Origin: Octopus bimaculoides
Lineage: Eukaryota
Reading direction: 5' to 3'
Assembly (NCBI RefSeq): GCF_001194135.2
Contig: NC_068993.1
Location: 10,303,026 to 10,339,637, forward strand
DNA: 36,612 bases
Shown: positions 11,237-22,750 of the stretch, piece by piece
Numbering within the stretch: the first letter of the stretch is position 1
Layout of the letters: every line of letters starts with the position of its first letter
Notes under the pieces: model-generated
Seen by the model: only the letters and a program-made list of their open reading frames with translations
Told to the model about the DNA's origin: nothing
Database searches by the model: none
Program-made: the position numbers and the translations under genes

Positions 11237-14200
11237 GTCGGTGTTTGTCCCCCCCCCCCCATTATCACTTGACAACGGGTGTTGGTGTGCTTACATCCCC
11301 TTAACTTAGCAGTTTGGTAAAGAGATCGATAGAATAAGTACTGAGACTTAAAAACTAAGTCCTGAGGTCAAATTGTTCAACAAAAATACTTTGGGGTGGT
11401 GCTCCAGCATGGCTGCAGTCAGATGAATGAAACAAGTAAAAGGATAGAAAATACACACACAGAGAAAGAGGAACGAGCAATAACACGTGTGATAATAGGC
11501 ATATTAATTGTAATATAATGTTTACAGGATATTACGCATAAAATTATGTAATTAGCTGAAATGATAGCTGAATGGTTTCACTCCTATTACAAGCCTGATT
11601 CTCATTTCTTTCTTAAATTGGTACTTATAGGGGTTCAAATTCAAATCCAGTCAAATTTAATTTTAGCTTTTTTTGTTCGTTTGTTTTTCCTCTTTCTGGA
11701 TTGATGAGATACCAGTCATATACTGTGTTTAGACCAATTGCCTATTCCCTCGATTCATTATATTGTGCAGTGATAAAGAAATTGTTATTTTCATTCAGGT
11801 TGCTGTTGATATTGAATATGCTCGAAATATGTACGACCTTCACAGGAAAGTCAACAGTTCTGAAGTCATAGTCGGCTGGTAAGTTGCTAAGTTCTGTGAT
11901 CAATTATCTGGAAAATTAGTATGGCTATTATAATTAGAAAGATGATGGTGATGGATTGGCGGAATTGTTAGAATATGCCTTGCAGTATTTCTTCCAGCTC
12001 TTAATATTCTAAGTCAGCTTTGCATTTTAACCTTCTGGTGTCAGTAAAATAATTCTGGAGTCAATAAAAATCAGGTGTTCCCCCCCCCCAAATGTCTGGC
12101 CTTGTGTTAATGTAAGGCAGTGGTTCCCAAACTTTGGCAGACTCTGTGTGTGTGTGTGTGTGTGTATCATCATCATCGTCATTTAATGTCTGTTGTCCAT
12201 GCTGGCATGGTTTGACCAGAGCTGGGGAGCTTCACCAAACCCCATTGGTATGGTTTCTATGACTGGATACTCTTCCTAACACCAACCACTTTACAAAGTC
12301 TGCTGGGTGCTTTTATGTGGCACTGCACAAACGCTTTACGCCACCAGCAGGGTCAGCCTTAACACTTCTGCTACAGGGTACAGGTCTTGAGTACGGTCAA
12401 GTATCTCAGTCTTTTGTCATCTCACCTGAAAGGTTCAGTTTCCCAAATTGCCATGCAGTAGGACTGAACCTGGAACTATGTTTTTAAAAAAAATTTTTTT
12501 TTATCTGGTCTGGCTATTGTATTGTCGAAATGTTTTTCTGTTTTTTATTATTACTTTTCAATTGATAGGTTTTCCAGTAGTGGTGAAATATCTGAGTACT
12601 CTGTGCTCATTCATGAGTATTATGCTCGTGAAGCGAAGAATCCTGTGCATATTACAGTAGACACATCTTTGATGACTGGAAAAATGGGTGTTAAAGCTTT
12701 TATCAGGTAAGTAAACAAATTAACCTCTTAGTATTTAAACCAGCCATATCTGGTCAAAATATTCTGCTTGTTTTATAAAAATTCCATGAGAAATGCAGCA
12801 AGATTTTGACAGATAGTTTACACTGCATCATCATCATCATTCAATGACTATTTTCCATGCTGCTATGGGTTGGACAGTTTGACAAGAGCTGACCAGCTGG
12901 AGCATTGCCTGGGCTCTATTTGTCTATTTTGGCATGGTTTCTACACCTGGATACCTTTCCTAGTGCCATCCACTTTACACAGTGTACCAGGTGCATTAAA
13001 TGTGACGCCAACACATGTTTACACTCTACTATATTGACTTATATTTCAGAAAATAGGTATGTGTTTATGTATGTCGTTGTCAATGCCAGTGCCCCCTGAC
13101 TGGCTCCCGTGTCAGTGGCATGTAAAAAGCATTCTGGGAGTGTAGTGGGTGCATTTTATGTGCCACCAGCATGGAAACCAGTCAGGCAGCATTGGCATCG
13201 ACCACGACATACATAAACACATACAAATACACACATATATACATATATATTTTTAAAAATATAAATCAGAGTGGTTGGCGTTAGGAAGGGCATCCAGCTG
13301 TAGAAACCTTGCCAGATCGGAGCCTGGTGCAGCCAACTGGCTTGTCAGTCCTCAGTCAAACTATCGAACCCATGCTAGCATGGAAAGCAGATGTTATACG
13401 ATGATGGTGATGATGTGTGTGTAATATTTTTATAAATATTTATGCATGTGTAGAGATGTATTTTGCAGTATGAAGCATAACTGTTTATTATTTTGCTCTT
13501 TTTGTCATATTCCAGTACACCAATGGGTGTTGCCAACAAGTCAACCGGTATCATGTTTACACCAGTTAATGTAGAAATTATTAAGTACGAGACAGAGCAA
13601 GTTGCAAGTAAGTAGTTCTTTGAAATATCTCTGTCTGTTATATGCACTCATAATTTACTGCCTGTTATATGCACTCATAATTTACATGAAGTACACGAAG
13701 TACTGAAAAACGACCTCAAGACACTGAACTTTTCTGACAGGATGACAAAGGACTGAGATGCTTGATGCCTTGTATTCAAGAAGACCTGTACTCTGCAGCA
13801 GAAGTGTTAAGATTGGTCCCTCCTGGAAGGACCAGTCTCAACACTCGAGGTGGTGTCATATAAAAGTGCCTGTGCAGTGCCTATGTGGTGCCACATGAAG
13901 GCACCTAGCACACTCTGTAAAGTGGTTGGCATTAGGAAGGGCATCCAGCCGTAGAAACCATGCAAAATCAGACTTGAGTTTGGTGCAGCTCACTGGCTTG
14001 CCAGCTCTGGTCAAACCATCCAACTCATGCCTAAATGGACAACAGACGTTAAATGGTGGTGATGATCAGCAGCAATGGTTCAGTGCAGAAGAAACCCCGG
14101 CTGCTCTTTTTCTACATATTGAATCTTTTGTGCTTCATGAATATGATTGCTTTGTTGATGGTTGCTGAGTCCTGCCTTCTTGCTAGCTAAAAAAAAACAT

Positions 14201-16886
14201 TTGCCCATGATAGATTTACTGTTAGGCCTCTCAACTCTAGGGCTTGCTTATATGTTTAGTAGTTCTTTAATTCTTTGATGGATTCAGCTACAAGAATGAT
14301 ATCCCATCACTATATGGGAGTTCTTACAAAAAGGCAATCTTAAGCTCCTCCGTTACGACCTGGAGAATAAGAAGGGGGTCTGAGAACTGATCTGTAGTGA
14401 ATGGGAAGTTTTCACTGATGGACATGCTGTTGGTGTGTCACCTTCCCAATGGAACTTTGCTCCATCTGCAGATAAGATTTGTATATTTTTAGTTACTTGT
14501 TATGTAGAAATATTTGGTTTGAGTAACAGAAATTGTTAAAGTGATCTAAATTAAGACCTTCCATCAAAATCTGATGTTAATTAATGTTCCAAACATCGAA
14601 TTAATAATGATAAAGTTATTTTTCTAAATTCTTCATTATCATCATTAATTGAAATAAAGGCAATGAACTTCAACAGAAATATGGTAATGAAAAGGGGTTA
14701 ACTTGTTTCAACCATTGAATGCAGATGTGATGGTCACTTGGGCATGGAGTTAATTTTAGTTGTTTTGTTTTTTTTCTTTTTGTTTTGGATTATTTTCATT
14801 TTAAATTGACAATATCTTTTCATGATTTTTCCTTCTGTTTCTTAATTATAGTCAACTTGATTCGGGAAAGCCAGCTTTCTTCTAAACGGTCCGTCTCTAT
14901 GGTAACTGATTTACAACAAGTAGACATACTTTGTGGACGACTGCAGAGCATGCTTGCAATTGTTCAGCAATATGTTGAAGATGTTCTGGTAAGTTGGTCC
15001 TGAACCCCTCTCTCTCTCCCTTTCTCTTTCTCTCTCAGCCACTGGACTGATCATACTGGGGCATCATCTTCAATGAAGGTATGAGACAAGTGGGAGTTGC
15101 CAAACTGGAATAAATTTCACCTACCCAAAGTGGTCAGTTTGCTAGTTCTGGATTTGTGTGTGTATATATATATTATTGAGTGTATATACTCAATTTGTCT
15201 TTTTCCTTCTCTGGAATCATGGCGAGATAGAACTTGGGGATGATTCCTTTTAATGTTGAGTGTTAAAACACCAGAAAGTACGTGAATTAAGCCTGGGACA
15301 AATCAAATCCCCAAGCAGTGTCTCACAGCAAATCCAACAAATAAACAAAAATACACACACTGAGTACATGTGATCAATAATGTTTACACCATTAGCACTG
15401 CTTTTAATTTGATGTTGAATTTAATCTTACAGGTGCATTGGTGTAACATGTCAGCAAATAGTTCTTATACTGTTTATATATAGTCATAGTAGAGCCTATT
15501 AAAAAAAAAAAAAAGTCTTAGGGTCTTATTTTTCAAGGTGGTGCCCCAGCATGGCTGCTGTCTAATAAATGAAACAACTGATGAACAAAAAAAAAAAAGG
15601 GGGAAAAAATGGCATTTTATTTTATTTTCTGTTATAATTCAGGATGGTAAAATTGCTCCAGATAACAGCACAGGACGCTTTCTGATGGAACTCATTCACA
15701 GTGTCCCTATGATTGATCCTGATGAATTTTCTGCAATGCTAAACGCCAACATAAAGGTGAGTATGTTTATGGTCTCTCTCTCTCTCTCTCAAAGTATGAG
15801 TGCAAGAGATGATGACTACATTGACTCCAGTGTTCAACTGGTAGTTATTTTGTCAACCCTTGAAAGGATGAAAGGTAAATTTTTACCTCAGCAGACTTTG
15901 AGCTCACTACATACATACATACATACATACATCATCATCATCGTTTAACGTCTGCTTTCCATGCTAGCATGGGTTGGACGATTTGACTGTGGACTGGTGA
16001 AACCAGATGGCTACAGCAGGCTCCAATCTGATTTGGCAGAGTTTCTACAGCTGGATGCTCTTCCTAATGCCAACCACTCTGAGAGTGTAAAGGGTGCTTT
16101 TTACGTGCCACCAGCACGAAGGCCAGTCAGGTGGTACTGGCAATGGCCACACTCGAAATGGTGTATTTTACGTGCCACCTGCACAGGAGCCAGTCCAGCA
16201 GCACTGGCACGATCTCGCTCGACTGTCTATACAAAGGTAAACTGTTGCTGCACTTTCTGTCTGCAGTGTGCTAACCATTCTAAGACACAATATTAATAAT
16301 GCCACTCTTTGACTCTTTTAATAAAGATGACCATCCATTTATTGATGACTTAATGTAATTGTTTTGTATGGGAGTAGGCTGGTCTTTTTCTGTTGCTAAT
16401 TAGTTTCAAGTGGAGACCTTTTCTCAAACAACCAACTGGCCCCAAGGCTTTAGGAAACGTCAGATTACTGTTTCAAATATAATGCTTATTTATTAACATT
16501 GTTTCGAATTAATCAGGCATCATCTCATTGCTTAGGGATTTCAATGATATGATTGACTGTTTTTAGAATGGCATTGCAGGTTAGGTGTGAGACGCCAGAT
16601 CCAGCTAGTCAAAAAATAAAAAGAATATTTGGGCTGGATATGGCCAGTTTAAATGCCAAAAGCTTAAATATAATTAAGTATTCAGTGGTTTAGTCTTAAG
16701 TTAATGGTTCAGAAATTTAATTTAGAGTTTGGTTAATTTTCAGTGTTATTTGTGAATTGATTTTTATTCTTTATTTCTTCTTTGCAGGATCTTCTGATGG
16801 TTACTTACCTCTCCAACTTAACTCGTGCCCAACTGGCCCTGAACGAAAGGCTCACTATGTTTATAGCTATGGGTGCTAAAGAGTAG
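8701..16886 (+). CDS. eIF3f: Eukaryotic translation initiation factor 3 subunit F (MPN domain), complete gene, 8 coding exons, 278 aa
   Basis: join(8701..8806,10897..10967,11799..11878,12569..12706,13516..13607,14852..14988,15643..15756,16788..16886) = 837 nt. All introns are GT-AG with consistent phases. Protein [87 protein letters not shown]...[22 protein letters not shown] matches eIF3f as recalled. Confidence 0.97.
10276..10832 (+). mobile_element. SINE family A interrupted by a family B copy (about 10582-10767)
   Basis: Family A body splits between GGGGTTGATTT and CAACTAAAGGC, with a (CAT)n-led family B copy in between. Confidence 0.85.
10897..10967 (+). CDS. eIF3f: eIF3f exon 2
   Basis: tttag acceptor; [24 protein letters not shown]; donor gtaagt. 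Confidence 0.95.
11799..11878 (+). CDS. eIF3f: eIF3f exon 3
   Basis: ttcag acceptor; [26 protein letters not shown](W); donor gtaagt. Confidence 0.95.
12569..12706 (+). CDS. eIF3f: eIF3f exon 4
   Basis: [45 protein letters not shown]; AG and gtaagt flanks. Confidence 0.95.
13516..13607 (+). CDS. eIF3f: eIF3f exon 5
   Basis: ttccag acceptor; [30 protein letters not shown]; donor gtaagt. Confidence 0.93.
13631..13685 (+). repeat. 27-bp direct duplication CTGTTATATGCACTCATAATTTAC
   Basis: Two adjacent copies just after eIF3f exon 5. Confidence 0.8.
13690..13790 (+). mobile_element. Short RTE-like C-terminal relic
   Basis: [22 protein letters not shown] resembles the RTE terminal motif EVV..DL..L....M..DR..W. 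Confidence 0.4.
14480..14701 (+). mobile_element. piggyBac-type MITE family 2 (also about 1245-1410 and 11010-11160)
   Basis: Shared core AATAATGACAAAGTTATTTTACTAAATTCTTCATTAT in three copies. End AAGGGG-TTAA at 14692-14701 and start TAACCCTTTTGATA near 1245. Confidence 0.6.
14852..14988 (+). CDS. eIF3f: eIF3f exon 6
   Basis: [45 protein letters not shown]; donor gtaagt. Confidence 0.93.
15643..15756 (+). CDS. eIF3f: eIF3f exon 7
   Basis: [38 protein letters not shown]; donor gtgagt. Confidence 0.95.
15932..16215 (-). mobile_element. SINE/LINE-tail family B with (CAT)n tail
   Basis: CATCATCGTTTAACGTC...GGATGCCCTTCCTAACGCCAACC core. Other copies about 1555-1650, 12166-12330, 12825-12990, 13270-13415, 13900-14070, 17740-18058, 22615-22699, 25020-25380, 27060-27200, 27640-28070. 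Confidence 0.85.
16788..16886 (+). CDS. eIF3f: eIF3f exon 8 (terminal)
   Basis: tttgcag acceptor; [32 protein letters not shown] then TAG. Confidence 0.93.
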   Translation, partial: DLLMVTYLSNLTRAQLALNERLTMFIAMGAKE

Positions 16887-16955
16887 GGAAAGATTCAGGA
16901 TGCATTTAACTATTAAAAATACAAGGACTCTTCAAAGTAATTTCAATTATATTGA

Positions 16956-16967
16956 AATAAAATTAAA
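16956..16967 (+). terminator. Candidate polyadenylation signal of eIF3f
   Basis: AATAAA at 16956-16961 directly followed by ATTAAA, 70 nt after the stop; T-rich tract downstream (about 17020-17055). Confidence 0.55.
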
Positions 16968-18150
16968 ATGTAATAGAATTTTGAGTTGCCGTTTTAACTA
17001 TTGGACTGTGTAATTTAAAATAATTTTATTTATTTAATTTTTCTTTTTTGTCTTTGGTCAGTAAATGTTATTTCCTATGCTTCTACCTAGAAGTCAAAGG
17101 AAATGACTACTATTCCCTTTAGATCTTGGTTTTATGACCTGGATATCAATGTTGTGAAACACCTATTTTTCATTACATTTCAGACAGATTCGGTGCTGAG
17201 TTGTTGAAGCAATAATAGTAATTATTCTGCTCAATGCCACAGATTTGCTTGTCAGTTGTTTGACCTTAACCAGTTGAGCATGTCCCTTAGTGGCTGATAA
17301 TATGTGCATCTCTGATCACGAGCAGGAGTAGTGGGAGAGCATCATAGCCATGTGTGGAGTGGGGTTCTTTGGGGTTTGAATAAATGTTAGCAAAGTTTGA
17401 AGGAAATATTAGCCATTTTTCATTCTTTCTAGAGGTAAGCAAATAGGAAATAAGTTATTACTCAAGGACAAAAATCGTGTTAATCAGTGCAATGTTTCAT
17501 TAAATGCCTCATTATCAATGACCTAGATGGGAAAATATTCTGATTTGTAACTAGTCTGGCACTGTTTACACCACATTATTGATATGGCAGTAACCCTCAT
17601 TTACAAATAGCTGATATCAAAGAACAGATATCTAGCGCTTTGCTGTACTCGTTCACCGCAGTAAAACTGTTAATGCTTCTCCCTCCAACTGAAGCTGAAA
17701 GGGTTTTTGATTTGCAAATGCCTTCATTCTTGTCAACATAGAAGCACCCTGCACAGTCTGTAAAGTGTTTAGCATTAGGAAGGACATCCACCCATAGAAA
17801 CCAAGCCAAAGTAGACTGGAACCTTATGCAGCTCTGGTCAAACTCTTGAACCCATGCCAACTTGAAAAATATGTTAAATGATGATGATGATGATGATAAC
17901 AATGAGGTACAAATACACACACATCATCATCGTTTAACGTCCACTTTCCATGCTGGCATGGGTTGGATGGTTTGACTGAGGAATGGCGAGCTAGATGGCT
18001 GCACCAGGCTCCAATCTGATCTGGCAGAGTTTCTACAGCTGGTTGCCCTTCCTAACGCATATTTGTTCTTTATAAGAAAGTACTGAACAAGACGAGAACC
18101 CACATTGTGCAAGGGACTATGAAGAAGAAATTAAGATGAAAGGAATGGAT

Positions 18151-18415
18151 TTACTTCAGACTTGGAAGAGAGTTCCAAAGTCTAGCAATTTGAGGAAAAA
18201 AAGCTATGACTGTAGAAAGACTTCTTTATTCATGGACACAAAACAGCATTTGGATGAAGATGCTGCGAATTTTGGGTCAGGCAAGATGGCACAAAGGGAT
18301 CTGGAATTAAGAGAGAAGGTTCTTCAGAGCACTTCCTGTAGCAATAACAACAGCAAAGACTAAGACTGGTGACGTCATGTTGATGTAGGAAGGGTTGCAG
18401 AGTTGAAGTGAGGAG
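18151..18415 (-). mobile_element. CR1/Jockey-like LINE reverse transcriptase C-terminal relic
   Basis: Minus strand translation ...SLSLCCCYCYRKCSEEPSLLIP...HP...*IKKSFYSHSFFPQIARLWNSLPS; FFP..ARLWNSLP motif; internal stop. Confidence 0.75.
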
Positions 18416-18577
18416 CCAATCAAATCAGAGATTTGCTTCTGAACCTGCTTTCAGTTTCCATCAACCAAATCCAGTCACAAGCCTTTGGTTAACTTGATCA
18501 GAGCTGGTGGAGTGTGAAATATTGCAGAAAGGACTCCTTCCAAGCCTCTTCAGTGGTGAAATGATTAAAGAAGACCA

Positions 18578-18801
18578 TTTATGGAAGATGGGGCTCCTTG
18601 TCACACAGCTAAATGACCCAAGATTTGTTGGATGAGAATGGCATTAAAAAGCTTCCATGGCCAAGCTAGTCACCAGATATGAACCGTATTGAACACCTCT
18701 GGGACATCATGGACAGGACACTACATAAAAAGAAGAAGAAAGCATCTTCAAAGCCAGATCTTTTGAGATTACTGAATGAAACTTGGCGAGAAATTCCGTA
18801 A
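18578..18801 (+). mobile_element. Tc1-family transposase relic (second half of DDE domain)
   Basis: FMEDGAPCHTAK*, frameshift, TQDLLDENGIKKLPWPS*SPDMNRIEHLWDIMDR...LNETWREIP*. Confidence 0.85.
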
Positions 18802-18802
18802 C

Positions 18803-19395
18803 GTATCTTGGAAGGAGGGCTTCCAGGTTGAGGGTAGAAGGAATTCCCCCAGAAATTGATGTGGCCTGGATAGCGGCTGCTGTTCTCCTAGGTAATGAGG
18901 ATGAAATAGCAGTCCCCCAGGCCACTAAGACAGAAGCAATGAACTGGAAGGGACGGACATTGGAGCTGATTATCCAAGGATTGATAGAGAGCATAAAAAA
19001 AAAATGGTGGAGACAATAACTGTTGGAGATATGGTATTAAGAGTTAGGGTAGAGGACAGAATCCCTCGATGCTTCAGATGTGGCCAAAAGGGCCACATTA
19101 GAGTGGACTGCTCTTCACCAACCAAGAGAGAACACAAGAGCCAGCAGAGAAGGATGTACCAACAGAAGAGGTAAAAGATGATGTATCATGGAAAGTTGTG
19201 GAGAATAGAAGAAAAAGGAAGAAAGCGAATCAAACAGGTAAAACCCCACACCTTTTCAACCTCCCCTCCTCCACTGACACCAGAGTGACCTACTCCCCTC
19301 CGACACAAAAGCAAAAAAAGAAAAACGCTGACACACAGGAACCCCCCAAACTCCCCCTCCCCCAGCCAAGGAAGAAAGTTTTGCGTGTATGTTGA
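18803..19395 (+). mobile_element. Non-LTR retrotransposon ORF1 relic with CCHC zinc knuckle
   Basis: RLRVEGIPPEID (RRM-like), frameshift in the A-run near 19000, then VLRVRVEDRIPR CFRCGQKGHIRVDC (19070-19111) and basic WKVVENRRKRKK. Confidence 0.7.
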
Positions 19396-20112
19396 TCGAA
19401 AGGTGCAAGTGAGGAACAGAAGCAGTGAGTATTGGTTGATTTAGAGGGAGATGTGAACGTTAATGGGTGGCACGCATGCTTGTTAATGTCAGAAAAGCAA
19501 AAGGAAAGAGTGGAAAGATATAAAGGTGGGTTCACGGTGTGGAAGGTGAACATAAAACATAAGCAATTTGCCTGAAGACATATTAGATACGGATCTCACA
19601 AAAAATAGCAAAATAGACATTCTAAAAGGAAGTGCTCAAAGTAGACATTCTCAGTGAAGTTGCTTGGAGTGGGGCGAATAACTTTATTTTCATGTTTTGT
19701 CATACGCTTTTTCTCATTTTTTTTGTGTCCCCACGTCTTTGTATTGTCCCCTCTATGTTTGCCTCTAGTGGGCAATAAAAAAATCAGAGTCATGATATAC
19801 GTGTACATGCGAGGATATCAGGTGTAGTATTGGCGAATTTCAAGAAGGATGCAATGTCTCGGCAACTAACAACTGATGCAGATAGTTTGTTCCATATCCA
19901 TACAAAATATCAGAAAAAGAAGCATACTTAAAAGCATAAGAGCAGTAATATATATATATTTATTCAGTTAAAAGTTATGACTGGCCATCTATCTATCTAA
20001 TTAATAAATTCAATAATGGAATAAAAATCTTTTACAAGAATTTTATCAGGAAGCTAGTGTGCAAAAAATTCATAAGGGAAATTTCTATTCCCAAGAATAT
20101 AATTATTCGTTT

Positions 20113-20264
20113 ATATTTATATATGGGCATTACTACAGAATAATGCCACACACTAGACTTCCCAAATAAACACATTTTACTACCTCGCATTCGGTAGTAA
20201 AATGTGCTTATTTAGGAAGTCTAGTGTGTGGCATTATTCTGTAGCAATGCCCTTATATAAATAT
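20113..20264. repeat. 72-bp inverted repeat, 8-nt loop, 68/72 identity
   Basis: Arms 20113-20184 and 20193-20264 aligned by hand; 4 mismatches. Confidence 0.95.
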
Positions 20265-20334
20265 CTATCTATCTATCTATATGAATAAATAAATTGCGAG
20301 TTATCTGCCCTTGTTCATCGAAGAAGCACTTTCC

Positions 20335-20353
20335 CTCGGTGCGGGAATTTAAA
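20335..20353 (+). promoter_or_regulatory. Candidate E2F/CDE-like plus CHR-like element in TTF2 promoter or 5'UTR
   Basis: CGGTGCG GGAA TTTAAA about 30 nt upstream of the ATG: GCGGGAA resembles an E2F site and TTTAAA is a CHR variant. Confidence 0.3.
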
Positions 20354-20380
20354 TATCGCTCCGTCTCTTCATAACAAAAT

Positions 20381-20408
20381 ATGGAACCAGTCTTATGTTC
20401 TGGACACA
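20381..20408 (+). CDS. TTF2: TTF2 exon 1
   Basis: ATG GAA CCA GTC TTA TGT TCT GGA CAC A|gtaagt = MEPVLCSGH, matching the TTF2 N-terminus MEEVRCPEH as recalled; phase fits exon 2. Confidence 0.85.
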
Positions 20409-20566
20409 GTAAGTTTTAAAAGTATTTTAAATATTTCTATAATAGACATTTGACATTTTAATTAATTTTACAAGTATTTTGAAAGCTATGTATCATTTTT
20501 CAAGTGCGTTTTCCCATTCACTTTCACTTTTTGTTTTTCGGTATAAACAAGTGCGTAGTTAATTTC

Positions 20567-20621
<55 letters not shown>

Positions 20622-21723
20622 ACAACTTTACTTGGTTATATATATATATATATAAGGAATGGTAATGAAATATTTTGGGATATTGGAGATTAGTAGACCA
20701 AACTCACGCTTGTATCCCTTAAATATAAGCATATAATACTGACCTATCGATGTTTTATGTCTGTCTTAGCGCGACAAATATAATTGACAAACAATTTTAA
20801 AACAATAATACGGCGAATCAAACTAGAGACATAAAATATTTGGCATAACTACAGGGTTTTACCCCCCAGACTTTGGGAGGTCATAACTTTCAGAAAAATG
20901 AATATTTTTTAATGAAATTTTCTATGCATATAGTATTTACTATGTAGAATCCGAATATACAAAACTTTCCGGTGAAAGTGTTTTAGAATGGTGGTGGGCT
21001 ACAATTTTCGGAAATTCCAACAGAGTCCACTTAAATTCTTCTTAACTTCCAGGAAAATTAATATTTTTTCGTGAAATTTTCTACAAATATACCTTGATGT
21101 ATGTACATTTCGAGCATGTAGGAATTTTGAAGGAAACAAGTGCAGGTTATTTTTGAGAAGCGTTCCCCCACTCGGTGGTGTTTCGGAGCAAGTCGTCCAT
21201 ATTTGTTTCATTTTTCTCTATTATGTGCGTATGTGCATCCGTAGATTTCTAGACAGTGAAGAGAAGCCGTCATAAGAAAACTTTCGTTAAAAATAACATG
21301 CACACGATTTCTTTTTCTCAATAGAAGTAAATTCCAAAGTAAACGTTTCTAGTAGAGAAGTAGAAGAGAACAGGAGCAAAAATAGGAATATACACGCACG
21401 GTTAAATAGAGAAACTATCACAGTGTCGCTTCCCGAAGAATTTAAAAATGTTAGCTTTCCGAAACTTTTTTTTCAATCTTGCAAAAACACGAAGATTAAG
21501 AATAAACAGAAAAAGTACACAAATATATTTTACATACCTGTCGTATACGTCGATTTTGTTTTTTTCACTTTAAAGGTAGTTATGTTATTTTGTTGGGATT
21601 AATCCACCTTTAAAGTGAAAAAAACAAAACCGACGTATACGACAGGTGTGTAAAATATAGTCACACACACACTCGTATATGTGTGTGTGTGTGCGTGTAA
21701 AAATATATGCATATATCCGTGTG

Positions 21724-21764
<41 letters not shown>

Positions 21765-21905
21765 ATGTATGTACAAAGAATAAGTCCCGGGGTTGATTTG
21801 CTCGACTAAAGGCAGTGCTCCAGCATGGCCGCAGTCAAATGACTGAAACAAGTAAAAGAGAAAAGAGTATATGTGTGTGTGTGTTTATATATATACATGT
21901 ATGTA

Positions 21906-21938
<33 letters not shown>

Positions 21939-22709
21939 AGACAAGGCATACATAATGGTCATTACATATTTTTCTTTATTGTATTAGATTTAACTTTGCC
22001 TTGTTTTGCATATCACTCTGTGTAAAAACCAGTGTAACTGGAGCACAATGATGGATTTACAATATAGAATGGTGATGAACTATAACCCCGGACCCTGCCA
22101 CAAGAATATGTGGAGTTCTTTACTAACCTGAACAATATTGATAGTCTGGTGTACTAACAGAAAGCTTATAAAGTATTGATAATCCATCACTAATCTCTCT
22201 CTCTCTCTTTTCAATTTCCTTTTAATATATGCAGAAAAAGAATGTTACTTGAAAACCGGAGGGAAACCTGGCCCTAATTTCAAAAGGAGTTTTTATGTGT
22301 GTAGTGTACGCGAGTCTCGTTGTGACTTTGTTCAACCTGTGAGGTAAGTCATCAGAATTACTTAAAAATCTTATATTTCATTATCTTTTTTTGTTTGTCA
22401 GTCTTTGTGGCATTAAGGTACTGGTTTAGTTTAGTCTGTCATAATTCCAGTTCCTTTGTGGTAAAATGGAATCCCTCTCAATATTGCTGTGAATTTTTTT
22501 CTGTCTCTGTGTGTCTGCCTGTCTTACTGCTGTATTATAAGATCTATTTATTTGTTGTGTCGTCCTAATAGCATATGTACAATATCTCTTTTATATATAT
22601 ATATATATATATAATCTGCCAAATCAGATTGGAGCCTGGTGTGCCCATCCGGTTCACCAGTCCTCAGTCAAATCGTCCAACCCATGCTAGCATGGAAAGN
22701 NNNNNNNNN

Positions 22710-22750
<41 letters not shown>

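Noticed and set aside
14292-14331. Hairpin followed by ACA in eIF3f intron 5 (H/ACA snoRNA-like)
   Set aside because: The pocket-to-ACA distance is about 6 nt rather than 14-16, and there is no H box or first hairpin.
15538-16296. 136-aa and 111-aa ORFs
   Set aside because: The first is eIF3f exon 7 read through into introns; the second is a family B repeat, also seen at 10614.
20850-21200. TA-CAGGG start suggesting a Tc1/mariner terminal repeat
   Set aside because: No matching right TIR found by eye; probably a repeat but unclassified.
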